From: Phoronis australis
Taxonomy: Eukaryota; Animalia; Phoronida
Length of the DNA stretch: 64,000 bases
Direction of reading: 5' to 3'
NCBI GenBank assembly: GCA_002633005.1
Contig: NMRA01000153.1
Span: 649,935-713,934 of the forward strand
Part shown: one piece after another, positions 13,101 to 25,100 of the stretch
Numbering within the stretch: the first letter of the stretch is position 1
Layout of the letters: every line of letters begins with the position of its first letter
Program-made: the position numbers and the translations under genes
The notes under the pieces: generated by a model
What the model saw: the letters and a program-made list of their open reading frames with translations, nothing else
Told to the model about the DNA's origin: nothing
Databases searched by the model: none

Positions 13101-16100
13101 ACAAGTGACTACATTGTAAACATCATCAATCACAATGATGAATTCGGTATCCCAAAAAATGATAACATAGAAGAAAAGCAACTTCAATTGAACGTTTCAT
13201 AGCTCCACAGACATGAGTGCGATGCATGAACATACCTATAAGCACCAGTGAGTCACATTCACCCACACGTGAGTTTCATGCACAAACTTGTGCCATATCA
13301 ATGTTTTTTGGTTAAATTAGAAATTTGTATTAAGTGTTATGCTGACAACATACCTTTTGTATAACCTGCTCATTGGCTAGTAAATACCTGAAATAACAAA
13401 AAGATTGAACGTCCATGAATTCCGTGCATCTTTCAATACATAACAGCAAACAGGCATGATAGCCTCTCATTCAGAACTTCTGAAAGATTCAAGGCCAAAA
13501 AAGCCTTATTGGTTCTGGTTTCTGTTTTCTTAAAATTGAGTTGACGGTGCAGTATTTTTAGTTGTTCACTTTTTCAAAAAAGATCCACACAAGACGAGCA
13601 AAAGTGATGCAGTGTCAGAATAAATATTGATTATGTAATTAGCAGAGTTAGTTCCATTGAAGTTGTCCAAAATTTGTGCACATGTACTTTCAAAACCATG
13701 GGGTCAAACTTGCTTAATACTTTTGATGTTTACATGTACTTCAAATGAATGTTTACGTATTTTGTTCTGGCAACAATGTACTGTAACGATTTGGGAAATT
13801 TCTGAAATCAGATTGTAACAGCCAATGATATGATTAGATAAGATCATGTGGTTTTGTTAGAAAATCGTAAAGTAGATGCATTATTATAATTTGGGTAGTC
13901 GGATGGAGTTTAGTAGTTGAAGCTACAGGACTTGCTTCAGTATACTGAAGAAATAGTACAACAGAGCCATCTTGTGGAAGATTCTAAAGAGGCAAGGGCA
14001 AAGATTAACGAACAGAAAGTTAACTAACACCTTGCCACTTGCATGATGGGTAGTGAGATACTGCCTACATGTGTTGTGTCACAAGAGGAACTGGGGGTAG
14101 TCAGACACTTCCTACATGTTACATCACGAGGGACTGTTGTCAGCGTAGTGTATCGTGGGTAGAGTGATACTACAGACTTGTGTTGCCTGACAAAGGACTG
14201 TGATCAGCAAGTACACTGTCACAGTACAATGTTTGTTAGTATGAGTGTCGACCAGCAGGACTGTCATCCAATGAGTGTCAAGTCATACAGAATGGATAGC
14301 AGATAAGATGTTAGATTTTTTATGACTAATTTATTGAAATAATTATCCTTACAGAGAGCGCTAGCGTAGTTACTCTTCTTCATTGTTAGTGTACTTAATC
14401 AACAACAGGTTTCACTTCTATTAATTAGTGGTTATTATATAATAAATTAATTACTGGACTTAATCATTCTCTCTCCATCCCCGCACAATCACAAAGCATT
14501 GCTACCTATTAAATTAAACCCACAGTCAACTTCTACCATGCAGGATTTTGTATTTGCTACTCATTGCTTGTGTGAAATTGTAGCATTTCAAACCTTACTT
14601 ACCCTTACTTAAGTGCCTACGTGCAGCTTTTTTGATGCGGAAGAGTTCTTTTTTAGTCAGTGAGCAAAAGTGTCAAAATGAGTTGAGGTACCAACCTCAT
14701 ATCATTTCCACATCATTGGCGGAATTGGGGGGGGGGGGGGCAGGGGGCCCGGGCCAACCCCCTTGGCGGCCGCAAAAAAAAGAAACAGCAATAGCGTGAG
14801 GAAATATTGAGTTTTTTAATTAACCCTGGTAATTAACATAAAAAGACCGAATTTGGCAATGTGTGGAGTTTTAGTTTGTGTGTGCATGTCCATTCAGACA
14901 AGCGGCTCAATAGTAGCGGTAACTATATAATGGCTAAGTAATGCCGCTCCCAGTCGATATGTGCATGCTATCCCAGGCGACTGGCAGTGGCGCTGAGCAC
15001 TACCACTCCGCTTCCGTCGTCTGCTCCACTGTGCAATAAAGAAATTACTTCATTTTTTCAAAGAAAACGGATGCTGAGTGACAATGAAGAAACAGAAGCT
15101 GCTGGTAAGATGTAAATTTTAATCGAAGCCTTAGTGAATCACTCAGAAACTCGTAATAATCATAATCAAGACAATTTGCAATTGAAAGCAATCGCACGGT
15201 TAATGCCAACACCAGAAATGGATTTGGTCTTCTGGGAAACTTAAGAGTATTTTAAATACACAAACTTTTGCTACTAACTGTTGGCACAAAATATAAAGCG
15301 TGTAATAAGTATTACGGAAAGAAGCAGGTTTGTGTGCAAATGCTGCGGACCATAAACAAGTATGTCTTTTAGCACGGTGTTGTAGGAGGAAGCATTGTGG
15401 TGCAGTGGAACAGCACGCACACTCTGACCAATAGCTCGTGACTTTGAGTCCGTGTCATTTACAAATTTTCCATTTTTACACATATTCTTAGTGTTTTTTT
15501 TTTCTTTGGTAATAATTCAGAAATCAAGGAAAATGCTTGTTTTTAGAGGCAAAAACAAAATTTTCTTCTGGGTGGGACCTCTCCCCATTCAGCACTATGC
15601 CATAGTGTCACTATGTCCACTATGTCTACGCGCATCTACAATCGTGCTTTGTGCAATTGTTTACAAGACAAAATGTTGGGCCCCCCTTAAGATATCCTAG
15701 ATCGGCACTGAATGTAACCGAAGTCGGTTTGTTAAGGTTCATCTCACATCAGTATGGTTCACAAACAGTAACAACAGATACAAAATCCAACAGAAATGGT
15801 GGAAGAAATTAGAAATATGCAACAGTTTTTACAGAACTATATACAGACATACATACATTAAAAAAATGGATAACATTCTTGGTCTAAAGTCTTACAATTC
15901 TACAAGACTTGCAACTTTGACACAATCACCCGAGTCATCAAAAATAGGTTAATTAACATCAGTGGCGGATCTACGTTTTCAGTAAGGGGGGGTTTAGGAT
16001 TCCCGCAAAGGTCTTTTTTGTTTTTGTAGCTAAATATTGAAATTTCCATGCATCCTGGTAAGTTTCTGGCACTTAACATGTCTCTGGAGTTTTTCTTAAG

Positions 16101-18660
16101 ATACTTTAAAACCCTTCTCGATTTCATCACATGAACTTGGCTCATAAGTTTCGTAAAACCACATTGTGCACATCTGGGTATGAGTCACGCCCCCAGCAAA
16201 AATTTTTGTTGGAACATCTGCTAACACACACCTTTTTTAGCATACGAAAAGTCGTATACAGAAAAGTGTGGTGTGTATACAGGGGTTTAGACAACTTCCA
16301 AATATTCAAGAGCATAAGGAGCACCGACGGGGCGTAAAAACTTGAATATCAGATGATCGCGTAACAGCAGCCTCAAGTTGTTTAAGAACGAAGACCTGTA
16401 CTGTTAGTCTGGAAATAAACATGTGTTCTGTCTCCTTACGAGAAAAACTGGCGAACGATGGTGCTCTCAGCTCAAAGTCTATTATTAAAAGCAAAAAATA
16501 ACTAAGTATCTGTGACTTTATTAAGCTGAATCACATTGACAACAATTGAAAAACTTCAAATGTATCAGGAAACAAATCATCTGAAAACAGTTTCACAAAA
16601 CCAAAACATCCTGGGCACAGTGGTGAAAAGATATATTGGACCAGTTAGCAGAGGGACCAGATGCACACTGAGAGTACACAAAAAGACTGACCTGGTCCAT
16701 CACGAGACCAAGAGTACACCTTTGCTTATTATCCCTATAAAAATAGTTGATCTGTCGTGGGACCAAACAGCACTGGCTGAGATAAATAGTTTTACAAAGC
16801 ACACTTTGGTAAAAAAATCATTCATAAGACTAGTTCGCCGAGGGACCAGAAGTACACTGAAACTCAATTTCTACACAAATCAAGCTGGCCTGGCCCGTCG
16901 CGAGACCTAAAGTGTACTAAGCAAAAAATTTTGAATTGAAGACTTCTCTCTAGATACTTTTTAATCCCCAGTGGTTACTCATACGTTAGTTCTATCCTTC
17001 TAATGTCTAGACTGCCGAGGAATCTGTATATCGGATCCAACGGTTTGCTCGTCTTGGAACCATTCTACCCAGATATCTTCGATGTTTGTTCCCAACGCTT
17101 ACACTTCGTCAACTGCTGTGTCAATGAGCTTGTAAGCCTGTACAATGTCAGCATCTCGTTTCTCAGCTCAGTTGGCACTAAGACCCTTGAGGTTGCCAAG
17201 TCCATTCAAAAGACTTACATGCACAACTGAATTCGATCCGTTCATCATGGACTACTTCAAACCTTGACGATGTATCCCAGGACCTATTTGCATCACTTGC
17301 AATTTTCGAAATAAACGTCCCAATGTCTGAACGCTTGAAACTCGAAGTACTAACATCAAAATAAATGCCCATGGGCATGAGCGTTTCATCGGGCGGGCCT
17401 TTCTGCGGAAATACCCAGTATAGAAGACGGCAGTGTGCTTATTGTAGGTAGAAAGAAGGTAGGTGTTGAGGCCAGAACTAGGGCTCCTTAGGAGGCCTAT
17501 TGAACATCGCACGAGTCTCACAAGACTTTGTTGTGAAAGAACAGCCTCCCCGCAATTTCTGGTACTGTACACTGTTTGCGAATGCGGTCACTTTGTCAAT
17601 GTGAGTGCCCCCTTGGTCATTCCTTGTATATAGATATAACTTGTTAGAGTGTATCTTCAAACGGACTCGCGACCAGACCACAGCGCCCGCCACAATAGCA
17701 ATTCTTAGGAAAAAGAATTTTTTTCAAAAATATTATACTCCGAAACCCTATAGTCGTCCGCCTAAGCATAAAACCGGCTTGTTGTCTTACTCACCCAATT
17801 ATTCCACTTCAAAGTTATGATCTGAATAGGACTTGATTTAACTCTCACAAATATATAGTATTCGTTGATTCAAACGTTTTCTCTTACTTAAGCCGAGTTG
17901 TTCAACTGTGCANATAGCAATTCTTAGGAAAAAGAATTTTTTTCAAAAATATTACATGTACATGTAAACTGTATGATATTGCGCAAGACAGCTTTACTAT
18001 AGGCCTACATCAGTCAAATTCAAGTTACAAACGTGTGGAGTGTAATAGAATGACATGGCATGACAGATGAGGTAAAAACGTTGCACGTCAATTCGCCTGA
18101 ATATCAGGGTTGCGGCACCACAGTATTTCCCCTAATCAAATCAAAACATATCTTAGACTCTTAGAGTAAAGAAGCTAGTTCCCAGCCTAAAGAAATCAAC
18201 TATAGAACTGCTCTTTCAGCGGTGGATCCATCTAAAATGCTTGGCTACTTCAGAAGTGTCGACGGAAACGCGCGCACAATTGACCTCCGCATGTTTTGCT
18301 GATGAGCCACGAAGACTCAGCAATTCACAGTGCAAAAATATATTTTCAGGGTGAACCCCTTAAAATTTTCCAAGTTGATTTATTTGGGGTTTACACACGC
18401 TTGCCGTGCCATTTTTGTTTAGCTGGAGACACTTTTGTTTTTTTTTATTGTTCGGTCCTGGCCCCAGGGGCAGGGGTTAAATCTCCTGAACCCCCCCCGT
18501 AGATCCGTCACTGAACATAATTAGATCTTTTATTTATGTTACGCACATTATTTTGGGGAAAGTTCTCGGACTCGGCATTGCAATGATCGTTTAGAACATG
18601 CTATGTTATCGAGGCCAAATAACGAAACGAAACAAACCTTAACAGATGCTGTAGTGACAT
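10190..18660 (-). CDS. NCBP2AS2: NCBP2-AS2 (HIAR)-like small protein, 88 aa, 4 coding exons
   Basis: Exons (minus) 18660-18638 (MSLQHLLR), 13387-13354 (YLLANEQVIQK), 11783-11711 (LADSYPIRRAAQLTAYLFHRGRAV), 10326-10190 (GEERLEKIRQIEVDNRLNNFGRTFKAELQKGLKEMNLEQKKKPPN*). All junctions GT-AG with matching phases (2,0,1). Motif LADSYPIRRAAQLTA matches recalled human NCBP2AS2 LSESRPIRRAAQLTA. Confidence 0.88.
10701..10817. repeat. Short palindromic element (mini-MITE); second copy ~36776-36858
   Basis: tcggcaatggtcagatataa...ttacatctgactattgcc; homologous tcggtaatagtcagatataa...ttacatctgactattatc in an RPL6 intron. Confidence 0.55.
11253..11448. mobile_element. MITE family A, copy 3
   Basis: CCTGC|CATGCACGCACCCAG...CTGGGTGCGCGCATG|GCTGC; internal similarity to 6466-6691. 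Confidence 0.75.
11821..12172. repeat. Minisatellite, 32-bp unit, ~11 copies
   Basis: Unit caaatagaacagtgtgaacagtgagcctccct at exact 32-bp spacing. Confidence 0.95.
12911..13122. repeat. Minisatellite, 19-bp unit, ~11 near-identical copies
   Basis: Unit acaagtgactacattgtaa. Confidence 0.95.
13613..14538 (+). mobile_element. Solo LTR (926 bp) with 5-bp TSD
   Basis: TGCAG|TGTCAGAA...TTCTACCA|TGCAG; TG...CA ends with short imperfect terminal inverted repeat, AATAAA at 14441; homologous inverted copy at 28210-29099. Confidence 0.8.
14714..15710. mobile_element. MITE family B long variant (~1 kb) containing a tRNA-like segment
   Basis: Starts CATTGGCGGAATTGGGGG, ends CCTAGATCGGCACTG; right part is the reverse complement of 35511-35950; no intact TSD. 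Confidence 0.7.
15960..18513 (-). mobile_element. Internally deleted hAT-superfamily transposon, 16-bp TIRs, 5-bp TSD
   Basis: AACAT|CAGTGGCGGATCTACG...CGTAGATCCGTCACTG|AACAT (15/16 TIR match); contains a degenerate transposase fragment. Confidence 0.8.
16982..17693 (-). pseudogene. Degenerate hAT transposase fragment (P52rIPK/THAP12/ZMYM1-like clade)
   Basis: Minus 17209-16982 reads LNGLGNLKGLSAN*AEKRDADIVQAYKLIDTAVDEV*ALGTNIEDIWVEWFQDEQTVGSDIQIPRQSRH*KDRTNV, resembling the LKGLSxKLQxxDxDVxxAY...PR...RxNVP region upstream of the hAT dimerisation domain; stops and frameshifts present. The upstream limit is approximate. Confidence 0.65.
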
Positions 18661-19145
18661 TTCTACAAAAACGCATTACACAACAATCAGATAACTATCT
18701 AACGCAAGACTGTCAACAAAAGTTTTGCTCCAACATCAGAGTCAGTAGAGTCTTTGCTAACATTGAACATTGGTAACCTGAAAACAAATGCGGTTGAGAA
18801 ATGAACCCGGTGTAACGCAGAATGATATAATTATTTGTCTTTTGATTGTTGATTAAGGGTTTTAATTTTTAAATTTAGAATATGGCATTGGTGTATTTCA
18901 ACATTTTAGCATTTACTGTATCAGTGTATCTAAGGAAAACTTATATTATGACAAAAACAGAAAATAATAAGCACAAACATTTCTTTTCAATAGAGGGCGA
19001 TACTCATTGTTTTGCTGAACAGCGATAACTCGTGATCTTGACTGGACTTTGTTCATTGTGTTAGATCACCCCCACCAAAAGAAAGTTCAATGCACAGCTG
19101 ATAAGGTACTCATGACATGTAGCCGTTTTGTAGAGCACTGTCGAT

Positions 19146-22100
19146 ATGTCTGTACAGCTCAGCGGCGGGGATATTGATTGGGAAGAGGAAGGTGATGGAG
19201 AGGGACTGGGTTTGTTGAGCGAGAGCGTCAACGCCGTGAATGTGACGATTCGTTCACAAAGCCAAAGGGAAACGGGTAAGTCTGCACTCTAGTTTAATGC
19301 ATTTTTTACTTTTTAGCCATCTGAATTCACAGCCAGGCCAGCATAGGCAATTACATCAACCTGAATGCCGCAGGCCAATCGAGGGGCTACGTGTAGCCTA
19401 AGTGTTGTAGTAATTTGAGAGGTGTCTTACCTTACATCTTGGATGCCCCTAGTCGGCCTAGTCGAGCTCAGAGTCAATTGCCAATTGGTCTGCTCAGTGT
19501 GGGGTCTGGATATCGAATGCAGCTCTGCATCCCAGCACGTGTATTGGCTACAGGGCTGCTTAATTAATATTCATGTTGCGCCCTCATTGCATAACGTTAC
19601 ATTGTCGTGATAGACCGCCCAGGGCCCGGTCTCTAATCTCCGTACTCAGACTTGAATCATAATCATACTCAAACTTCATACTCAACTCGAGTACAGGCTC
19701 AGCTTTGGTGTATTCAATGTAATACTCGAAAAATCTGTTCTTGAAATTTCGAGCACATATTCAATTTTCTAGTACACTCTATATTTCGAGTATGATTTTG
19801 GGTAAAATTCCGAGTATATGCTTCAAATTTCAAGTTTGGTCTGGCAGTGTGCTTGAAATCGTACTCAAAGTAAATAGGAGCGAGAGAACAAAATATCGAA
19901 AGGCCACCGAAAGACGCAGCAAATCTAAAAAGTCCTCTTACCACATTTCAACGCTTCACTTTCAGTTCATAGATAATAGTTTTCATTTTAAATCTTCTTA
20001 TTCTTCACCTTATTAACCCACCGTATCTCTGCTTGTAAACGCCGCCAATTTATAAACTCCTTCTTACTGTACGATTCCTGGCAACAGGCGCATTCTAATC
20101 CCTTGTTGGCAAGTCATTACAAGTGGCAAAAGCCAATATGGGGAAAGTCGTGTGAGAAGTTTGTGCTGCCCTTATTTCAGTAGGTGTGCCTACGGTTTGT
20201 AGGGTTTCCAAAAGACAAGGAGGTGAGGAAAGTTAAAAATGGGTTTGCTTGCCTATCAGGTACATTTCACATCATAGTTTATAGTCATCTAGAATTCCTC
20301 AATACCTGACTGGTATTCCAGATTTTGTTTGCCGATTTCTAAGTAGACGTCTCGTCCCTTTCACTGGTGAACTCTAAATGCCTGCACATGTATTGTTTTT
20401 TTACTCGCGCGCCTAATATCCACTAACTTGATACATCCTGGTAAAATACAAAGATACAGTATCAAAGTTTGACATCAGCGTAGGCCTACTCAGCAATGAG
20501 TTCTATGTCAAGACTAATTTAGTAAGACAGAACAGGGGTTCTTTGATGTGATATGCTGTTACAATTTTCGGGAGATGAGGTTTTCAAGAAGTAAAGCTTT
20601 AATTGTCAAAGGTATCAAAGAAATGGTATAGGAATATTGTATTGAAACTGACAAAATGAATTAACAGCACAGAACACTCAGAATTCACGTTTGTGGTTGT
20701 AGCGACAGCAGACGATAATGTAGTTGCTGGGGTGGTCTATGCCAATAGGGAACGATGAATCTACACGAATTTGCGTGGTTTTGCATTTCACATCATAAAG
20801 AGTTCCATAGCAACTCAAGTATGAGTGTCAGATTTGAGAATGTTTGGAGTCTACTCGAAATGCGACATTAGATAGGCTTTTTTGAGTACAACTCCAGTGA
20901 GCACGATTTTGAGTATGAAATCTCGAGTATGAGTATGAGTCTGAGTACGGAGATTGGAGACCGGGCCCAGGTGTATCAGGTAGGCTAGTCCCGACGGTCA
21001 GAAATGGCAGGTCTTTCCACTCAATTACCCTTTATTTCAATTTAATCTGATTGTGGTAAAGATAAGAGCTGCCTGAAGAATTAGGACGTTTGGTATAATT
21101 TTTTGCCCTTTTTGTGGACGGAAAAAGAGTCCATATTTGAATTTTTCATAAAAAATTGAGTTACAACAATTTTCTCCCACATGTATCGGTCAAGTTTTGT
21201 GGGAGATAGTTGACAACTTGATGCCAAATTAGGCCAGTGTGAATGAAAGTATTTTGCAACTGGTGAGATCTAAATACCATGTTTATTGCCTGCAGCTGGA
21301 GTCCAGACAAAGGCCTATTCATATCACTGATAACAGATGACCAGCTTATACTCCCTGAAGCCCCTAAGTTTGCCTCACAGGCAAAATGACGTTTTGTGGC
21401 CATTACCGGCATATGGGCCGGACAGCCAACGTCGGTAGTTTCCAAGACGAACAACAGTCGTCTTCCGATGCCGACAGAGGGCGCGTGCGGCTGAAGTCCA
21501 GTGCAGCAGTGAGACAAGTCAAATAACGTCTCATTACACTCTCCTCCATTTTATTTAACAAGAGCCAAAACGTAAGGGAGAAGTCTTATTTTTTGATTTC
21601 TAAGACGAGGTCAGGGCAGCATGAAATGGTGAACCAGTGAAACAATAGGCTAGAAAGAGCCTAGCGGCGAAACAGAAAACTAACACTAGGTAAAACAAAA
21701 GAACATCAAATACAAAATATACAATGAACAAAAGTAACCTGCAAATCATCCGCAACAACCTCAACAGCTCAAAGTCCGAGTTAAAAACCTGGCAAACCTG
21801 TGGAGTGGAGGTACTATATGATGGGGGTGTAGATAGAAAGGGCATAATCTGGCAAAGTGTGGGTCCTTATGGTGAACGCGACCTGCATGCAGTCTTTGTT
21901 CATGGCAACCTGGTAAAAATCCCAAGTTATGAAGTCAACAGGAACACATCCAAGCACGTGCTCAAAATGCTACAGGAAGTAAACAGAGAGGAGTCGTAAT
22001 TGTTCAGTAAAAAAAGGCCATTTATTCATATCTCATGCACGGATGGTGTGTTCTGATGGTGGATGGTCGGAGTTTCCCATAGGTAGGAGATGAGCCAACA

Positions 22101-25100
22101 CAGGGTATATTGGGCCGTAAAACTTCTTCAGTTTGGGACACAATTGGACAAGTGAAATTTCATTTTAACTTTGCGGGAAAATTTTGCCTTCTAGCATGGT
22201 TTGGGAGGCATACCTTTACCAAACAACATTAGGTAAAATGTCGAGCATTTGCAACAATGTGGTAAGCCGCTGAAAAACAATAAAATTGAACAGTTATTTG
22301 TGTCTCAAAGTGAAGAATTTCTATCATATGTGAGACCGCCCGTGCAATCTTGGGTGTTCTGGTGTACATTTGTGCAATTCGGCAGTTCTTCATTTCAGAT
22401 ATCTCATTTTTTATTTTCAATTGTTGCCACAACAACTTTTCATTGGTTGAAGGAACCAGGACATTGCACCTTTGCATACTGGGTTGAAGGGACCAGGACA
22501 TTGTACCTTTGCATACAGGTGTTTCCTTCTTCTGGTGACCTTAGTTCCTGTTTGGTAACCTGGGAATTCTGCCAGGTCGCATTTGGCGAGTTGGCGTTAT
22601 ACTTTAAGCTTCAAGCCTTGTTCTTCCATGACATTATCACCCATTTGTGTGGTGGTCTTCCATGATATTATCGCCCGCCATTTGTATGGCTTTGTTCCAG
22701 AATCATTACTAGTACCCTTTTGTAGCGGCAAATTTCATCAACCTTACCCTTTCTTCATGATTAATTCTTGGTTCGCTGAAATTTTCATCCATCAGCCCAA
22801 ATGAGTACAAGTAGACTAGAGATGCCATGAACTTGTCAAAATGAGTTTAACGTTTGCAACCAATGTTTTGAATGTGTGGATGTAGTGTTGAAAGTACTTC
22901 TGCAGATTTGTGTTAAGTTGCAAAAAGAAACCTTTTGTGGAGTACAACGCTCAAAATGAACCTTTTTGCAAGGATTTGTGGACAAGGCATCCATTTTTTC
23001 ACAAATTGTGTTCGAAAGGCCTTTTTTTCATTAGAGCTTCACCTCTGGATTGAGAGTTCAAATAAATAAGCAATTTTTATGTATAATTGCTGTATATCTC
23101 TAGATGCTTTGACTGATTTATGAAAATGTTAACGTTATTTTCATTGCAACATGTGTTATTTGGTACTAGTACTAGACCTACAACAGCAGGGGGTGATTGG
23201 GATGGGAAGGGACTTTGTCGTAAATATTCTTTCTCAATACCCAATGTGAGAACTCTAGTTTTTACGTTTGGTACCTCCAAATTTTCTTCGTGCGCATCTG
23301 TCTTAGCATAGAGTAATTTTTTTTGTAAAGTATTGCATGTGTGCTGGGTAGCCAGTATATCTCCCCTGAAATAATGCTGCTTGATAAGCACTGTGCTTAG
23401 CAAAAAAACAAATGTATGTTTGTTTGAAAAGTATCAATGTGGTACGTGGGAAAGGAAATACAGAAAAGAACAACGACAAAAGGCATCCCAACACTGATCA
23501 GGGCCAGCTGGGATTTAATATCGAAATTTGGCTTACAGTAACAATTGACCAATTCATATTGCATGGCATCTTGCAGGTTTGTGCTCAAATAGCGCATTTT
23601 GAATTTGAGTTTATTTTAGATCAGACCCTTGGCCCAACTGTGTTGTGGAGTTTGTATAATGGTATACGCCTTTGTTTTTTAAGTATGTCATGATATGCTT
23701 CCTGTTTTATAGGTACATCATGGTATGCTTCCGTGTTTCTGATTGTGAATGCGGCTCTTGGTGCTGGTCTCCTAGAGTTTCCCTGGGCCTACAATGCTGC
23801 TGGTGGTGTGGTGGTGGCCATAGTAGTTCAAGCAGTGAGTAACATGCATATCTCGTAGTGTGGTACATTCGTTATAAGAGGAGTGAGGTATCACTGAGCC
23901 TTGGAATTTGCACCGTTTGTGCTACCATTCAGAAATTACCATATTTATGCCAAGATATATATCCCATATGTGCACCCTCTTGATACTACCTGATTTATGT
24001 TACTAGGTGATAACCTTATGTAACCTGACAGTGTCTAGTGATGACTCATGTTAAATGCACATTTTTGGGATCTAATATTTCGCCTAATATGAACATATTA
24101 AAAAACATGGCCTATTTTTATGTATGCCTGAAAACGAGTAAATGTACCGGTGGTTACATTTTGCAAATGGTCACTAGGGCAACATGAATAGTGCTAATAT
24201 TGAAGACGTGGAAATTTGGGTCTTGGTGGCCAAAACTGTGTATTTGTCAGACAGGGTAAGATATGGACGTCACTTATTCAGAGCCACAAAAATATGATTG
24301 GACCTGTGTACCATATTCTTGAATCATATCCTTGGTGAGCTTCCCAGAACACATACACACCCTTGTGTTGAGACTCACACGCATGTTTCTATGGAGACGC
24401 ACACACAGAACACTTATGCCAGTAAATTAGAGTATTTTCAAGAAATTTTCTGTCTGGGTATGTTTATTGTATTTGGTTAAAAGAAATTGTCTGAGTCAAC
24501 CAACAATTTTCAGATGTGCTCAGACAGTTTTAAGAATGAAAATTTGCTGCGGAGAGACCACCGTGTTTTGTGACTATTTTTTATCTGTCTTCTGTTGTTT
24601 AAAAAACTATAGAGGACTTGTATCAGGCCCATGCAACGAGGTCTTTGGAAACTATTTTTTGGATCTGGTTTTGAAGTGGAATCCTTTGTAGTGTGGCTAG
24701 TTGGCATTGCTAATTACATTCATGGTGGACTGATTGGAGGTCATTGATTGTATCAACGGGAAGATTCACAGCTATTTGAGTTTGAAGTTTTGTGTCTGTG
24801 ATGTGAACTAATTAGTGCCGCGTTGAACTTTTTTATAATGTGGAAAATCCTTGTGTTTCTTTATTTTGTAATGTAATTTATGCATAAACCATTCAGCCAG
24901 AAGTATACATATCTTGACATTTTTTCTTTCAGGTTCTTTTATTTTTCATCTGCAGTGCATTGCTTCTCCTTGCCTACTGCTCAGATGTTGATAATAGCGC
25001 CACCTACCAGGATGTAGTTGAATCCATGTGTGGTAGTGTTGGTCAGCTTGCCTGTGCAGCTTGCCTCACCCTGTACTGTTTCGGCGCATGTATCACATAC

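Noticed and set aside
11821-13122. Regular short repeats resembling CRISPR arrays (also 5071, 29650, 62449)
   Set aside because: No unique spacers, no cas genes, eukaryotic intronic context: ordinary minisatellites.
13782-14223. Apparent 442-bp solo LTR (TGTAAC…TCACA with GTAC flanks)
   Set aside because: Homology with the 28210-29099 copy extends beyond both ends; true boundaries are 13613-14538 with TGCAG TSD.
17693-17954. 43-bp direct duplication (caatagcaattcttaggaaaaag…) suggesting a long TSD
   Set aside because: The second copy contains the lone N at 17913; most likely a contig-join overlap artefact.
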